Shown piece after piece: positions 40,612-55,021 of a stretch of DNA of 64,000 bases. The notes below the pieces were generated by a model, which saw only the letters and a list, made by a program, of their open reading frames with translations, did not search any database and had not been told where the DNA came from. Origin of the DNA: Halocafeteria seosinensis (taxonomy: Eukaryota); contig LVLI01000263.1 of the NCBI GenBank assembly GCA_001687465.1, positions 1-64,000 on the forward strand. The letters run 5' to 3'. Position 1 is the stretch's first letter, and each line of letters opens with the position of its first letter. Both the position numbers and the translations under genes were made by a program.

Positions 40612-43600
40612 TTAATAAAACGAATTGCTTTCATCTAAAGTTTTGGAAAAATCCATATCTCCTCCACCCTCAAGCTTATTCTTCTCTGCAGCTAAAGCCT
40701 GTCGACTTTCGGCAGAATCGCAGGCGGCGTTTCGACGTTCTGCCGTAGCTAGAGCGTTGGCAATTTGGGTTTGCCTTCGTTGATGGAGTTTCATTGGCAG
40801 TACCAAACGAAGAATATGCCTAACTTTGTGTACTGGAGCAGATTTTGGAATTAAATCAATGCAGCGCCTTACATCCAGGTGGTCTAGGTACTTCTGAAAG
40901 ACTCTTAAGGCTCGATCCAGGCTCTCTATTTGGCCTTTCTTATACTGCTTGAAGTAGATCTCCATTAACGTTGCAAAAGGTGCGTTATTGTCCCTGCGGT
41001 TAGCCACAAACAACAGCATCATTAAGAGGAACTTTAGTTGTAACACAGCGACCAACCATACCTGTTCTCCCAGCAATAGTTTTCCGCGTCTTCATGGTCC
41101 AATTTCTCGTCAACCAACAGCCGTAGTGCGTCCTCATGCTGACTGAGCTTTCCAAAAGCAATAACTCGTTCATCAATTAAATTCGAGCCACCGAGTTCAT
41201 TGATTTGGCTCAGGACTGTTTCGGCATTGTACGAATCACTCTTTTTCAAGTGGTCTTGTAGTTTCTTTCGGGTAGCATTGAACGCATTGCTGCGGCTGAG
41301 GGTATCACTCTTAGAGAACTGAGTGAGTTCATCTAAATAAGTCTGCGCTAGCTTAGTGTGAAATCGTTCATCTCTCTTTCCGGCCGTGTTCACAAGGTAT
41401 TCTAGATATGAACAAATTAGTTTTCTGGCCGGGATACGTTCTGATATTTCGTTTAAGAAAGCAAGCACTTTGTCCGGAACGACTTCCTTCGAACGACGAC
41501 TTGAGGGCTGGGTAAAGACACCCAGAGCGCGCTTGTCATCGTTGTAGCTATCCTTAATAAATATCCAGTGACTATGGTGAAAAATGAGATCTTCGTCGTC
41601 TGTAGAACGCAATATTTCTATTGCTTCCGCAACGGGGTCGCCTTCTATATCAGCCTCGTCAGAATCCGCCACCTGTTCCCAAAGGGACAGCGCTTCGCTA
41701 TGTCTGTTGGTTGACACCAAAAATTGCGACAGCGAATAATACAGTCTGTACCGTTTTAACGTATCCCTTGCATCTTCGACATGTATCCATGTTGGGTTTT
41801 TCAGTAGACTATGCAGTTTGTCTTTCATATTCAATTGAACATAAGCCTTCATTAGCGCAGTGTCAACGATTTGTGCCAGACTATTATTGCTCTCGAGTTG
41901 TCCCACCTGTAATAGTTTCATCTCATCTGGGCTCAGTCTAAGTGAATTTTGAACAATTTCGAGCCATGCGACAAATCTCTTGAGTGCCTCTCGACAATGT
42001 TTGAGAACCTCGTCGTCGTTTTGCTCTCTTCCCAAAACTTTGCTAACAACTTCTTTGAGAGGAGGGATGCGATTCGCACTGCTACTTGGCTTGAATTCTC
42101 GCAAATTAACTGCCTCGAAAAAGCCCTGTAGACCACACTTCACGTAAAACCTCAAACATATTGTTATACACAGATAGAATCACGCACATTGGCATCTCGC
42201 ATGGCGGCTTCAACTACTCCAGGAGTGAATATGCTTGGAGTAAAATTTCCGAGAGCAGGTTCTAAGTGGGTGCTATATAACGCCGGCAAAAATACCAGCA
42301 TCTCTCGAACATCCGCCTTCGCTAATTGCAAATGCTTTATGCATGTTTCATACTTTTTTCGATCATTGAAAGGCCTAAAGAGGCATGCCTTGGCCGCAGT
42401 CCGGTGAAACAGTTTTATATCATTGACTAACGCCGAAGTGTCGAAGGACTGGCGAGTGCCCAAAAACAGGTGGAAAGCGTCAGTAGTTTGTCCTTCTGCA
42501 ATCAACTGCTCTACCTGGCCATCAAATGGTCGATGTTGTAACAGGATCAGTGACTCCTGAGTCACCATGAAAACCAAATTATCACCTCGACGCCTTCGGG
42601 ATTGCCACGGCCACCCATCACACACTCCAAGGACTGGGTTCGTTTCCACAGCATTGACGTCGACTAGTTGAATACTTTTCCCTGTGCGGTGGTGCAATAC
42701 TTCCACGCTGTTAGTATGCTTCTCATAACCGAGAAGGTACGGGAATTTGTAGGCTGCATCACATATGATCAACCATAGATGCAATGCAAAATGCTACAAG
42801 AGTGTTCACTACGTACCAAGATAGCGTGGTCTGTTTGACCAAGGAATATCATCCCTTCCTGTGGGATCCCCCTCCAACGTGAAAAATCCTCCATAGGATT
42901 TCCCAGTCCCTACTAACCACTCCATATGGGACGTGGACTCCTTGCCTTCCGATTTAGCAAACAATTTAGCCACAGTTTCTGTGTTGTCGTAAGGGTTGAT
43001 GCCACGACCCGTGGATATCTTATCAGAGGGTAGAGCGCTTATCCAGGGCTTTGCGCCTTCCAGTTTCGGTGGAATCTCTTTTGGCCGGCCTCCATAGTCT
43101 TGGACTACGGAGTATCCTCTTGAGAAACTGACACAGACACACATGTGAGCGTACCGGAACAGACTAGGTGATTCCGGTAAACTCAGTGCTGTTTGAGCAC
43201 GCTTGAAGCGTGGAGTAGATTTTGGACCCTCATCGACAACTTCGTACAAGGCGAGTTCTGACCGCCGCTTGAGCAACGCAGTGAAGCCAACGGGTTGCCG
43301 CTCATCTCTACCAATGCGCATGGTAAAGTCGACAAATCCAGGCTTTTCATTGATGGTCCCGGAGAGGATCTCGAGGGTCCGTAAACTCAGAAGGAAAATT
43401 TTGCCGTCGACTAAGCACAGCAAGACTCCTAGTTGATATACAGCCTCTATTCGCACTATTGCATTTTTTTTGGATGACACTTGCTGAGAAATCATCTTTT
43501 CGGAAGGGACTTTAACGGATGCCTTCGCACGCTTTGTTTCCTCAAGCGGATAGAGACGCACATGTCCATCATTCGTACCAATATATATTTGTTGCCCTGC

Positions 43601-43783
43601 GTACGAAACGCATGTGTACCGAGTACGCGAGGTACTTGGCTCGCTCACTACTTTGTGGAGCGAAAAAGGCTCCAACCCAGTTTCCGCCGCTGAGTTGCCG
43701 CACAAACGAACAGCAGTTTAAATATTGCCGAAGGGTTAAACATGAGTTACAACTGCGTACTTACCTCCCTCCTCCGCTGCCAT
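40612..43783 (-). CDS. Vps39/TGFBRAP1 (Vam6/Vps3) family tethering subunit, 5 exons
   Basis: N-terminal CNH-like propeller (IYIGTNDG, YKFPYL), VDTALMKAY, clathrin-repeat region FHTKLAQTYL, HEDALRLLV...AENYC. Confidence 0.85.
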
Positions 43784-44999
43784 GTGTATCGATACTATCC
43801 GTTCTCCTTCTTAAATAGCAGGGAAGCCGGGGTAAAGTATGCACAATGAATGTCTCCGACAGTCAGTTCCAGGATTGCTTGTGTTGCGTGTCTTCCTTTT
43901 GCAATCGAGAGATGTCGTTCCAAGTACTATGCTCACCACATAGTTGCTTGATTTTCCCACAGTAGAACGCACACGAGTGAATGTAGATACAGAGAGAAGA
44001 GACCATAGAGGACAGACCACACACCCTCCAACAGGGCTCGCCCTAGAGCCTGCTTCAATCTCCTGACAAGCAGTCACTTCCCTTCAAGAGCCCAATTTAA
44101 GACACATAGGGTTTTAAATAAATGTGTCACAACCTCTAGGAAAAATGTGTGTGCGTAGACAGTACTCATAAAACCCTGGAGACTCCCCGAACTGTGAAGA
44201 CGGGTCGAACCCTTTTTGTCATTTCAAGTTACTCAAATTTGGTTGACGCTGGTATTGTTACATATTATCATACGTGTTTAGTTGCTTTCGTATGAGAAGA
44301 TGTGTGTTGGTTTTAGCTGTGTTTGACAACATGCCAATGCAGCCCTGGATTATTGTGCAACTTGTGGCCAAGGGCGCCAAGAGGAGTCCAGTTGCTTGTC
44401 GTATTAACGTTAACTTTAAGCCCTCTTTGCCAAGTTACAGGTGCGCACAGATAGATGTATGACCTTCCATATATGTTGGGTATACTGGTTGATTGAAGTA
44501 ATCTGATCTTGCTTCTGCCTCTGCTGGCCAGCGGGGGGTACTCTGGCCCCTCACTCGACTGCCTGATTATCCTGGATCAGTCTCGTGTTTCCATATACAG
44601 TCGCCAAGGAGTGTGCCTCCTAATCACCAAAGATGTAACAATAGAGCTATTCATGTACTTTCGAGCTTTCCATTCCCCGATTCCGGCCGGTGCCAAACTT
44701 CCCATTCCAAATAGCCAATCCGGTCGCTCGACAGAAGTGTGTTTCTGGCAGACATTTAACTTATCAGCATTTAGTTGTCTGAATTAAATCAGTGAGTTTG
44801 GACTGCCAAACTAGCCCCAAACATCCTATTCCTAGGTGCAAATTGCACCGTACAATATTATATGTGCCCAAAGCCGAACTCGGCAGTTCTTTAAGCTCAG
44901 CACGAACTTCACATATACAGAAGAAGCCCATTTAGTGTTGTTCCATCCAGCCTTGTCCACTGGCCGACCTACACAAGTGAAGAGGCATAGAGATAGACC

Positions 45000-47512
45000 A
45001 TGGAAGAAGAAACCCAGGAGGACCTGAATGCTGAGGTAGGAGGAAAACAGGGGCAGGGGAGTACTTTCACTGCACACACAAGCGACAGCTCCCGCGCTCA
45101 GGGAGGACCTACAAGTTCATCACAGCATTCAAGGAGCAACAGTTCATCGGAGAGACTCCTCAAAGAGCGTATTAAGAGTTTGCGGGAGGAGAATCCAGGC
45201 GAATATGGATTGTTCATCCCAGAGGAGACCACCCGTGTCCTCCAGCAGCACTTTCACGACTACAAAAAGATAAAAATTGCTGCATTGAGGAAGAAAGTCA
45301 AGAAAGTCCTCGGGGATATGAAGGAGGACACAGGTATGTTTGGTATTTTGACACGTAGAGAACCAGAAATGTATATAGCGACTGGAATAAGCCTTGCAGG
45401 AGACACTACACTTCCCGAGAGTCACTCTCCGTCGCGCTCAGCAGCCATCGAAGGAGATAGAACAACCTCTGGTCTTAATAAGCAACTTTACAGTAACAAG
45501 AATCCGAGTAACGGCAACAGCGAAAGCGATTCTCGCAAGCGGAAAGAAACGAATAGAGACGCCGGTGCTCGTCGGAAGATGGCAAGACTACACCAGTAGG
45601 TAACTCCACTTGTCTCATTCCTAGCATAGTTTACTAAACCGAGTGGATGTTCTGCAGAAGTGGAATTAACGGAAATCAGCAAGAAAATAATCAACTCACC
45701 GACCAGAAGCCAAGGCAAGAACCTATCAGTGCTCGCTACTCAGATCTTGGAGGCATTGAAGATGTTTTGGCCGAAATAAGGGAACTTATCGAATACCCAC
45801 TGACACACCCCGAAATATATACTCACGTGGGAGTTCAACCTCCCCGTGGAATACTTCTCCATGGCCCTCCAGGCTGCGGGAAAACGCAGTTGGCCTTAGC
45901 TATTGCTGGAGAACTGAACGTACACTTTAGGCGCATCAATGCACCTGAGATTGTTTCCGGGATGTCAGGCGAAAGCGAACAAAAATTGCGCCAAATATTC
46001 GATGAAGCGGCAGAACTAGCTCCATCGTTGGTTTTCATTGATGAAATTGACGTGATTGCACCCAAAAGGGAAAGCTCAACCAGAGGAATGGAACGCCGGA
46101 TGGTCGCTCAATTGCTTACATGTATGGACAACCTCGTGTCCACGGCTGAAGAGGCTAAGTCTGTTATCGTCATTGGAGCTACAAATAGCCCTGATGCCCT
46201 TGATGCGGGATTGAGACGAGCTGGTAGATTTGACCGGGAGATCGCTTTATCCATTCCGAACGAAACCGCACGGGAACAGATTCTAGAGGTATTGACCAAG
46301 AACATGAAGCTAGATGGTGCCCTGAATTTAGCTTCTCTTGCCAGATTAACTCCAGGATACGTCGGAGCAGATTTAGCCGCATTGACAAAGGAAGCGGCGA
46401 TAATTGCAGTAAACAGAGTGTTCGATGAAATGATTCACACAAACCAAAAGGCTGGAGGTAGTGAAGCTTCAGTTGACAGGAGCGAAGACCGCATCACATC
46501 CTTTCAATCCGTCAGTAGGTTTTTGAAAGATCGGGAACTCCTTTCGGCTGAGGAGCTAGAGCATCTGCGAGTAAAACATGATGATTTCGTCGAAGCGCTG
46601 AAAAAAGTCCAACCGAGTTGCACCCGGGAAGGGTTCGCAACCGTTCCCGACGTTACCTGGAAGGATGTCGGGGCTCTCCTGCAAGTTCGCGAAGAGATGG
46701 AAATGTCAATTGTGCAGCCGATCAAACACCCTGAAAGATATACGGAATTGGGCATCAGCGCTCCCGCTGGACTTCTATTATATGGCCCTCCGGGTTGTGG
46801 CAAGACGCTGCTTGCGAAGGCTATCGCAAGTGAGTCACATGCAAATTTCATTAGCGTTAAAGGGCCGGAATTACTCGATAAATATGTTGGCGAAAGCGAG
46901 AGAGCCGTTAGACAAGTGTTTCAGAGAGCTCGCGCTTCGGCGCCGTGTATTGTGTTTTTCGATGAAATGGACGCTCTTGCTCCCCGGAGATCCGGCTCGG
47001 CCTCTGGGAGCTCTGGGGTCAGTGAGCGCGTCGTGAACCAGCTTCTCACTGAATTAGATGGTTTGGATTCACGAAAAGGCGTCTTTATTGTGGCGGCCAC
47101 CAACCGTCCCGATATTATTGATTCTGCTATGCTGAGACCCGGGAGGCTTGACAAGCTACTGTTCGTTCCGTTACCAAACTCGGAAGAGCGTGCATCCATT
47201 CTACGGACTCACGTTCGCAATACGCCCCAGGAGGAGGATATAGACTTCAACGAGATTGCCAGCAATGTGCAGTGTGAAAGATTCTCAGGAGCAGACTTGG
47301 CAGGCTTAGTTCGGGAAGCTAGTATGTGTGCTTTACGGGACTACGTGAAGAAAACGGAAACTGGTGACAGCGGTGCCTACCAACTACGTGTATCGACTCA
47401 ACATTTTATGGAAGCCTTCAAGAAGGTAAAACCATCTGTCAGTGAGAAAGACTTGAAACGTTATAATGCGTTGGCAGAAAGACTTCAGTCCTCCACTCAG
47501 CAGGAGGGATAG
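45000..47512 (+). CDS. NVL: nuclear VCP-like AAA ATPase (Rix7), 3 exons
   Basis: Two AAA modules (GPPGCGKT twice, [36 protein letters not shown]). Introns at 45334-45399 and ~45596-45657. Confidence 0.95.
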
Positions 47513-48020
47513 ATACTGGTTTAAACCTACAACTACTTCTCAGTTCCACCGCACGTATTGCTCGATCTGCGAAGATATAGCTTGATTTTTACGGATGAAA
47601 TCGCACCTGGAAGGCGTTGAATAAGAGTATGGTGTTCTTCCTATTGTCTGTCAGCTTCAGGCAGAGAGCTCATGTATATATGGGAAGTGGTAAGAGTTAC
47701 TCGTGATTACTCTTTGCATTGTCTAAATCGCGAAGAATAGGGTCGTACTTGAATTCGTAGCGATTGTGGTAGTGGAGTTAGTGCTCACGAAGCATCATCC
47801 ACATACGTTTTTTCGACTGCGTGGCTAGGCGACGTGAGTATTAGGAAACGACTGGGGATGGGAAGATCAGCCCTGAATACTATTATGACCGGAGACGAAT
47901 CCCGAATAGGAAGAAAAACGAGAAACTTAATCATGGAAAATAATTTCACTGCCACGAATTATCCCTACCAAATACCAGCTGAAAAATCGCCGCTTATCAC
48001 TGTCGTCCATTAGCCAGTAA

Positions 48021-48946
48021 TCAGCAGCACTTAGATTGAGTCGACTTGTCGTTCATATCTTCTTCGAGGAGCTGTAGTCTGCCCTTACTGCCTTTTTTTG
48101 CGTCCATTTTAGATGGCTTTGCAGGAAATTTGCGCAGCATTTCTGCACAATCAAGATGAAAACCAAATGCTCATAGAGTTACCATCAAGAAAAAACGGAC
48201 AAGTGTGCAAAACCAGCAGCATACCTTGCACCAAGTTGGTGAATACTTGCTCGACCCCTTGACCCGACTTGGCAGAGGTTAATTGATGAGTGGCGCCAAT
48301 GCCCTTCGCATAGGAGGAGGCCTCTTGCTTCTTTACTACCCACTGTTTTGTCATATCGCATTTATTACCCGCAATGGAAATAGCTATACCCTCACCAACG
48401 ATCTTCTTAAGTTCCTTAACCCAGGTCTGTACTCTCTCAAAGCTTTTCTGATCGGTGACATCATAGACCAGGATAGCCCCATCTGCCGCAGACACGAGGA
48501 ACGCTGTCGACGGAGCATTAAACAAGGCAACTAGTCGAAATAAGGACTTACTTGCTCCTCTATAATATATGGGAGTGAGAGAATGGAACCACTCTTGTCC
48601 AGCGGTATCCCAAATCTTCAGATTGCATCTCTGTATGGCAAGGATCAACGCAATAAATCTCCCAAGAACTCCTACACCCGCGGTTCACCACGTACAGATG
48701 AGTCCGTAATCACTTGTTTTTCATTATACATAGCATTGGTTGTGCTCTTCTGATGCTCGTTGAACTCATTATTCAAGTATCGTAGTAGAATAGAGGTCTT
48801 TCCCACACGCGCTGCGCAGGCGAAGAAGATTGATTGCGTCCCTCTATCACAGGCTCTACATTCTTTAAGGACAACTCACCTTCGCCGAGTAGAACAACTT
48901 TAAAATCTCGCGTCGACGACCCTGGTGACGCCCCTGAGGCGGCCAT
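48021..48946 (-). CDS. RAB21: Rab21-like small GTPase, 5 exons
   Basis: FKVVLLGE|ARVGKTSILLRY, WDTAGQE, PIYYRGA, GNKCD, TSAK and C-terminal CC prenylation motif. Confidence 0.88.
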
Positions 48947-49835
48947 TATAGTGTATGTACGAGTGTTTCTGTCACGATTTCTCCTCTCGTTGGATTTGCA
49001 GGCTCCCCAGTGCTGCGGTTGCGTGCTTTACCCACTACGATGGACGGTGCCACATGCGTAGTTCCACTAAGCTCATACTCAAGGCTCCCTATTGGCTATG
49101 AAACAAACATAAAACTTGTCATTGAATGGTGTGAACGACAGCACTTCCACTTCAAGCTCGAGAACGAGCGGGAAGTGGGCATACGGGATTGGATGGTAAA
49201 GCAAGGATGATAGTACAAATTTGAGTAGAATAAATTGTTAAGCATATGCAATGTTCCAATCTATTCAACAAAGTAGCAATAGCTTGTTCCCAGACAGAAT
49301 CTTGCTACAGTCTACACTTAGACTACCTGTAGTTCGTGTCTAGTTGTATTCGTTAGCATTGTTGTCGCTGAGTCAAGCTATCAGCATTCACGCAGATATT
49401 CCCCATGACCATCCAACCTGCAGCACTCTCAACAGGTCGGTCACAGCTTGTAGAGCGGATTCCGGTGTGGCCTGCTAGCCCCCGTTATGGGGACCATCAA
49501 ATATCGCGAGAACACTCCCGCAATCGTAATTGACAATAACTGGAGCACCCACAATCTACCTCGCGACTGCAAACAAAAAGCGTCCTGGAGAGTAAAAACA
49601 CCGAATCCCCAGTGAGCTAGTTCTGGCTATACCGTTAACGTTAGTAACCAGAGATTCACGCTACCAATAGCACCAAAATACCAGCCCATTACGAGCTTAA
49701 AAGCTATCTCGTATCGCGGTCGATAGCTAGCCAGTAATCGATTAGAACCAGTTGGTTTGCCTTCCTATCTTCATTCCAGGAGCCACACTCGCCCATCTAG
49801 GATCTCCAGAAATGCTGTTTCGCGAGTCTTGTAAA

Positions 49836-50275
49836 TTAAGCTACAACTCCAACACTTTGGCATTGAGCGTCGTCCTCCTCTTCAAGAAGACCTTCGAAAT
49901 CCTCCGGGTTGTATATTACCCGAATTCGCAGCGAGCAACTCGGGCACGTTGCAATAGTCTCTCCTTCCAGAATCTCTTCAAGCTCTAGGAAGAACTTGTC
50001 TCCACAAGGGCATGGGTAGTAATATACTTGTTCGTCTTCATCGAACTCCATATCTTCTATCTCTACTTCATCATAAATGCGCCTGCAACAAAACAACCAC
50101 TATATGATAAACTGCATCATCTTTCCGGCATCACTGTTGAAGGTTCAACTTACCCTTCGGCTTCAGGGCCGTCATAGTGAATTTTCGTCTGCACTAAGGA
50201 ACACATTATGTTTGCATAACAATGACGCTGTGAAATCGGTACAAACGGAGAATAGCATACCTCCTCCATCGACAT
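49836..50275 (-). CDS. DPH3: diphthamide biosynthesis protein DPH3 (CSL zinc finger), 3 exons
   Basis: IYDEVEIEDM...YPCPCGD...TCPSCSLRIRVIY, with two short upstream exons MSMEE|TKIHYDGPEAEG. Confidence 0.93.
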
Positions 50276-50786
50276 TATAGGTGCAGAGTTCGCGTGCACG
50301 GCGCTGAGAATTGTGTCACCTCCTCCACTTCGAGCCACCGCGTTCGTTCGAACCGAGCACTTGGTAAAGTAAAAGCTCCAGCAGAGGAAAAATTCGTATA
50401 CTCCCAACGACTGCCAGAGATGCAACTATATCAATGAAACAGCGTTTTATTGGGGCGCAAATGACCTCGCTCAAGAACTTCAACCACCTGGAACGGCACC
50501 GCTAGTGAGTGCACTCCTATAACGAAAATCAGTCGTGCACGAGCGTTTTCCAAGCTTTAGATTTTATCTGTGTTCAACCCTCTCGATAAGTTGTTCGCGG
50601 CGTATGAGTCTCGCGCATAAACCAGTGGCGTTATAACTCGACGAAAAGTTTGTCCGGTTATAGTGGAAGTCTTTAAAAGTTCAGATAGGTGAAGTTTTCG
50701 TGTTGTTGTGTGGCAATGCGGTTGCAGGAAGATGTTTCGCTCGTCGAAGAGAAGCTTACTTGCTCTACATTAGTGCAGCGCTAGCC

Positions 50787-53222
50787 ATGATTCGGTGGAA
50801 ACATGCTCTGTTACAAGTGGCAAGGAGCGTCGAGATAGGTGCATCTGGACCTAGGAGTGTCGGCTATGTACTAGGACGCCATTCTCTTGAGAAAGCAAGA
50901 AAATGTGCTACCCCGTTCGTTGCCTCCATGTCATACTCGGCGGATTCAAAGCCGCAAATTTCTGCAGAGTTGCAGTCGCGTGATTGGGACTATAGGGTAA
51001 GTTCCATTGGAGAGGATGAACGTAGTTCCGAGTCACCGTGCACATGTTTGAAATGAATCTGCATGATGAACAGGAAAACATGACCCACTTCATGGTTAAG
51101 GTATGATACCATATTTGCTGCATAGTATTGGTAGACGTTGTATTGATTGTTGCTACGCTGTGCACCGCAGAAGTGTCCTTTGTGCACGAAGGGGGGATTC
51201 GATAAAGTGGATAATCAGTATAAATTGTATATCCAAAAGCATACAGGAGCATTCTACTGTCATAGGTGTGGGGAAAATGGCAGTTGGCACTCGTTCTTGG
51301 AAAGGATAGTAAGTAGTGACCTTGAGGCGTCCCGCGACAACGAGATTTGGTAACTGCTCGCTGCCTACTCAGGAAGGGGAAAGCACTACGGGCTCACCCG
51401 ATGGACCGAAAGAAGCCACGCGGCGTGGAGGAATTACCAATTTGGAAGTGAGTGTACACCTACGTCGCTTGCTCTAATTTTGAAGATGCACGTGGGGCCG
51501 ACACAATCAATATGCAGGATGTGGTATTGGCAGCGAAACAATTGCACGGAAACCCAGACTTCGGTGACGTTAAAAAATACTTGTTGGAGGAGCGAGGCAT
51601 CGGGCATTCTGTTTTGTGCGACTATCTTGTGGGTGCCTGTGATTGGCATTTTCGATCTGAAAGCGACGAGTACGAGCCGCACGAGTCTGTAGTATTTCCC
51701 TGGCTGAGTGTGAAGAACGGCAAAGTGGTATTTCATCGAGCCAAAGTTCGTTCCGTATCAACCAAGTCCTCGATGAGTTTAACTCCGCCTGGAGGGCATT
51801 GGGGAGTATTTGGAGCTCACTTAATAGACCCTAATATGAAAGAAGTGGTGCTTACTGAAGGAGAATTTGATGCAATGGCGGTCCGGGAAGGTACTGGCTT
51901 GCCTGCGGTATCTTTGCCGAACGGCTGCCATTCATTTCCAAAAGATATTCTTCCATTCTTTAAGCAGTTCGAGCGGATTTACTTGTGGATGGATGAAGAT
52001 GATGCGGGTGAAAAAGGAACCCACAAGCTCGCACAACTGTTTGGCAAAGCCGTGACGAGAATCATTAAGCCGTCAGAGTTGGGCTTGGAATGTAAAGATG
52101 CCAATGAAGCATTGCTCCGCGGATTTCATATGCGCGAAATAATTGAAAACGCCCGATCACTTCCGCACTCGTCGTTGATCTCGGCTGGGAATTTGCTAGA
52201 AAATATGCGTGCGGAGGAACGCGCGAATGCGAAAAAGATCACTCCTTACACAGTACTGCCTTCCTTACAGAAATTAACTAAAGGATTTCGCTTAGGTGAA
52301 TTAACTATAGTAACTGGACCAACAGGCAGTGGGAAGACTACGCTCTTATCCCAACTAAGTCTAGACACTTGTGCCCAGGGAATCAAAACTTTGTGGGGTA
52401 GTTTTGAAATTAAGAATACGCAGCTGCTGTCGACGATGTGTTGTCAACTTGCCGGCAGGACACAGAATATGGGTATAGACGACCTTCCGTTGCACTTCCT
52501 TAATTATTTCGGGTCTACGGATACTACAAAGGTTCTCGATGCAATGGCTTATGCTGTATCAGTTCAAGGTGTGCAACACATTATCCTGGACAACCTCCAG
52601 TTTATGATGGGGGACGAGGCACATAAAGGCTTTGAACGATTTGACTACCAAGATAAAATGATTGGAAAATTTCGAAGGTTTGCTACTGAGCACGATGTTC
52701 ACGTATCGCTCGTTATCCATCCCAGAAAAGAACCTTATGGTCAAGCGTTGTCTCTGTCAAGCGTTTTTGGGAGCGCTAAAGCTACCCAAGAAGCAGACAA
52801 TGTCTTTATCGTTCAAACTGTAGCAGACGTAAGAGCGCATCGCATGATTGAGTAAAAATACTGTCGTAATGTATTGATGTTTTTTTTTGTTTTTGCAGGG
52901 TAAATACGTCGATGTGCGTAAAAACCGATATGATGGTTCCGTCGGGTCCATTCAAGTCAAGTTTGATCAGCAGTCGAAGAACTTTATAGAGGATGGAACA
53001 GAGCTCCCACTCTTGCAATCATCATCTCCCCTTGAGGCGAAGAGTGCGGCGGCAAAACCTCAGGGCGAAGTCCCTGTAGCTACAGATCTTGGATCAGCTT
53101 TACACGATATAACCGAAGCACTGCTTCAGTTTGACGGAAAGCAAAATAGCCGGACTCAGGAGCATAAAAAGGATAGGAAGCGAGAACGTGGCTTTTGGGA
53201 GCAATCTATAATTGAGCAATAA
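50787..53222 (+). CDS. TWNK: Twinkle mitochondrial primase-helicase, 6 exons
   Basis: Zn finger CPLC...CHRC, TOPRIM TEGEFDAMA/DEDDAG/KDANE, SF4 helicase TGPTGSGKTT, LDNLQFM, VIHPRK, TQEADN, KNRYDG. Confidence 0.95.
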
Positions 53223-53346
53223 TTCATGGATTGGTCTTCGTAGATCTCTCTTTATCATCTCAATTAACTTAGCCACCGCATTGGTTAACAACGTCCAAAC
53301 TATAGAAGAGACCTTCACTGTGAATAAGAATCATCCACCTAATGTG

Positions 53347-55021
53347 TCAGTGAGCCCATCTGCAAAATACGCACGCATCCGGTAAACGTCTGGGTACCGG
53401 TATTGACTACAACCAACTGGGTACTCTACTCACATCTTCAAGATTCGATCTTTGCTTCCGCTAGCAACGTGGGTACCGGCAGGGCTCCAGTCCAAAGCGA
53501 AAACTTCGTCGGCGTGACCAGGTAAGGTGTGGAGAGCCTTTGTTGACGCTTTATTGCCTACCTCCCAAACCTTGACGGTACTATCTTTGGATCCGCTGGC
53601 TATGTATCGGCTATCAGGAGACCAAGCTACTTGATATACTGCCCCCACGTGCCCGTGTAGTGTTGCAATATGATTACCATTCATTCCATTCCAAATCTTT
53701 ATCTTTTTATCAAAGCTAGCACTAGCCAAAAATCTCCTATCTGGAGAAAATAGCAAGTGATTTACCGGTTGCTGGTGGCCTGTCAAACGAGAAACAGGTT
53801 TCGAGCTCGTCTCCGGATGCCACATGAACAATGTACAGTCGTCACTTCCTGACACAAGTACTTCTCCAGTCTCCCTCCTTGCTTCAGCGTATGTCTTTTG
53901 CGCTACGTCGCTAAGGTCACTATCATCTTTCAACGGCGTTTCAGTCACTTTTCTCATTGCAAATTCCGTGTTCAATGCCAGTGTATTTATCCGGTGGGCA
54001 TGTCCTTTCAACGTTCGGATTAATTTTGGCTGATGGGACCAAAAGAGAAGGAGAAGAAAGGTCAGAAAAACAATCGCAAGTGTCGCACCGGTTGCCGACA
54101 CAACTCACCTTGTCTTCATTGACGCTCCACACTAGAATCGTCCTGTCACGAGAGGCAGTGTACATGAGACCTGTACCTCCCCATTTCACGCATTCAATAG
54201 AGTCTGTGTGGCCACTCAACGAGAATTCAAAATTCCCCGTTCGAACATTCCAAACTCTCACTGTGGAGTCTTTGGAAGAGCTGGCTATTCTCTCACAAAA
54301 TCCCTTCACGTGCAACGGTTCCCACGAAAGCGATGTCACCCATTTCTTGTGACCTCTTAATGGGGAGCATACCTCTTTTCCGTCTTCTGGACTCCATACT
54401 CGTAGCTGCCCTGTCTTATCTGCTGAAGCAAAGTACTTTCCATCAGGGGAAAAGGCAGTACATAGAACGTGGGATGAGTGTCCTTTGCAAACGAATTTGG
54501 GAGTGGCCGTGGCAACATCCCAGAACCTTACAACGGCATCACCGCCACCGCTTGCAAGATACTTTCCATTGGGGGAAAAATGAACATGAAGAATCGCGTC
54601 AGTGTGTCCTGGAAGAGAGGCTGTGCATCTGGTTACAGGTCTAACCCGGAACTGTGCGAGTGGTTGGTATTTGACCTTCATTACATGTTCAGTGGATAAG
54701 CTCAAGCTCTCTGCTGTATTTCTAAGAGAATCACTTATTTCATTATCGTTAACGAAAAAGGCGTAAGGGCGGGTCTTCTCCACGTCTGGCTTAACTTCAA
54801 ACAGTAGCTTCTGGAGCTGCGCAGGCGTAACATCCGCCGGTACATCCATTTGCGGACCTTCTATGTTGCCCTGTGGTGAGAAACAAAATGTCCTCTCTTT
54901 GCTGCAAATAAGACGCGCCAAAGTCAACAGAACTTACTTGATCATCCTGGAGCTGTATGAGAAGGGTATCGATGGCAGCATATTCGCTCGTCTTGTCTTG
55001 GCTAGCTGACACAGACTGCAT
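53347..55021 (-). CDS. NLE1: Notchless (Rsa4) WD40 ribosome assembly factor, 4 exons
   Basis: NLE ubiquitin-like domain (YQPLAQFRVRPVTRC), GHKKWVTSLSWEP, GHQQPVNH, LPGHADEVFALDWSP; ends KIWAH*. Confidence 0.95.

Noticed and set aside
43784..44999. 1.2-kb intergenic region with short ORFs and an 8-bp inverted repeat (GGGTTTTA...TAAAACCC, ~44110-44177)
   Set aside because: No spliceable coherent ORF, no TIR/TSD pattern and no ncRNA consensus; treated as a divergent promoter.
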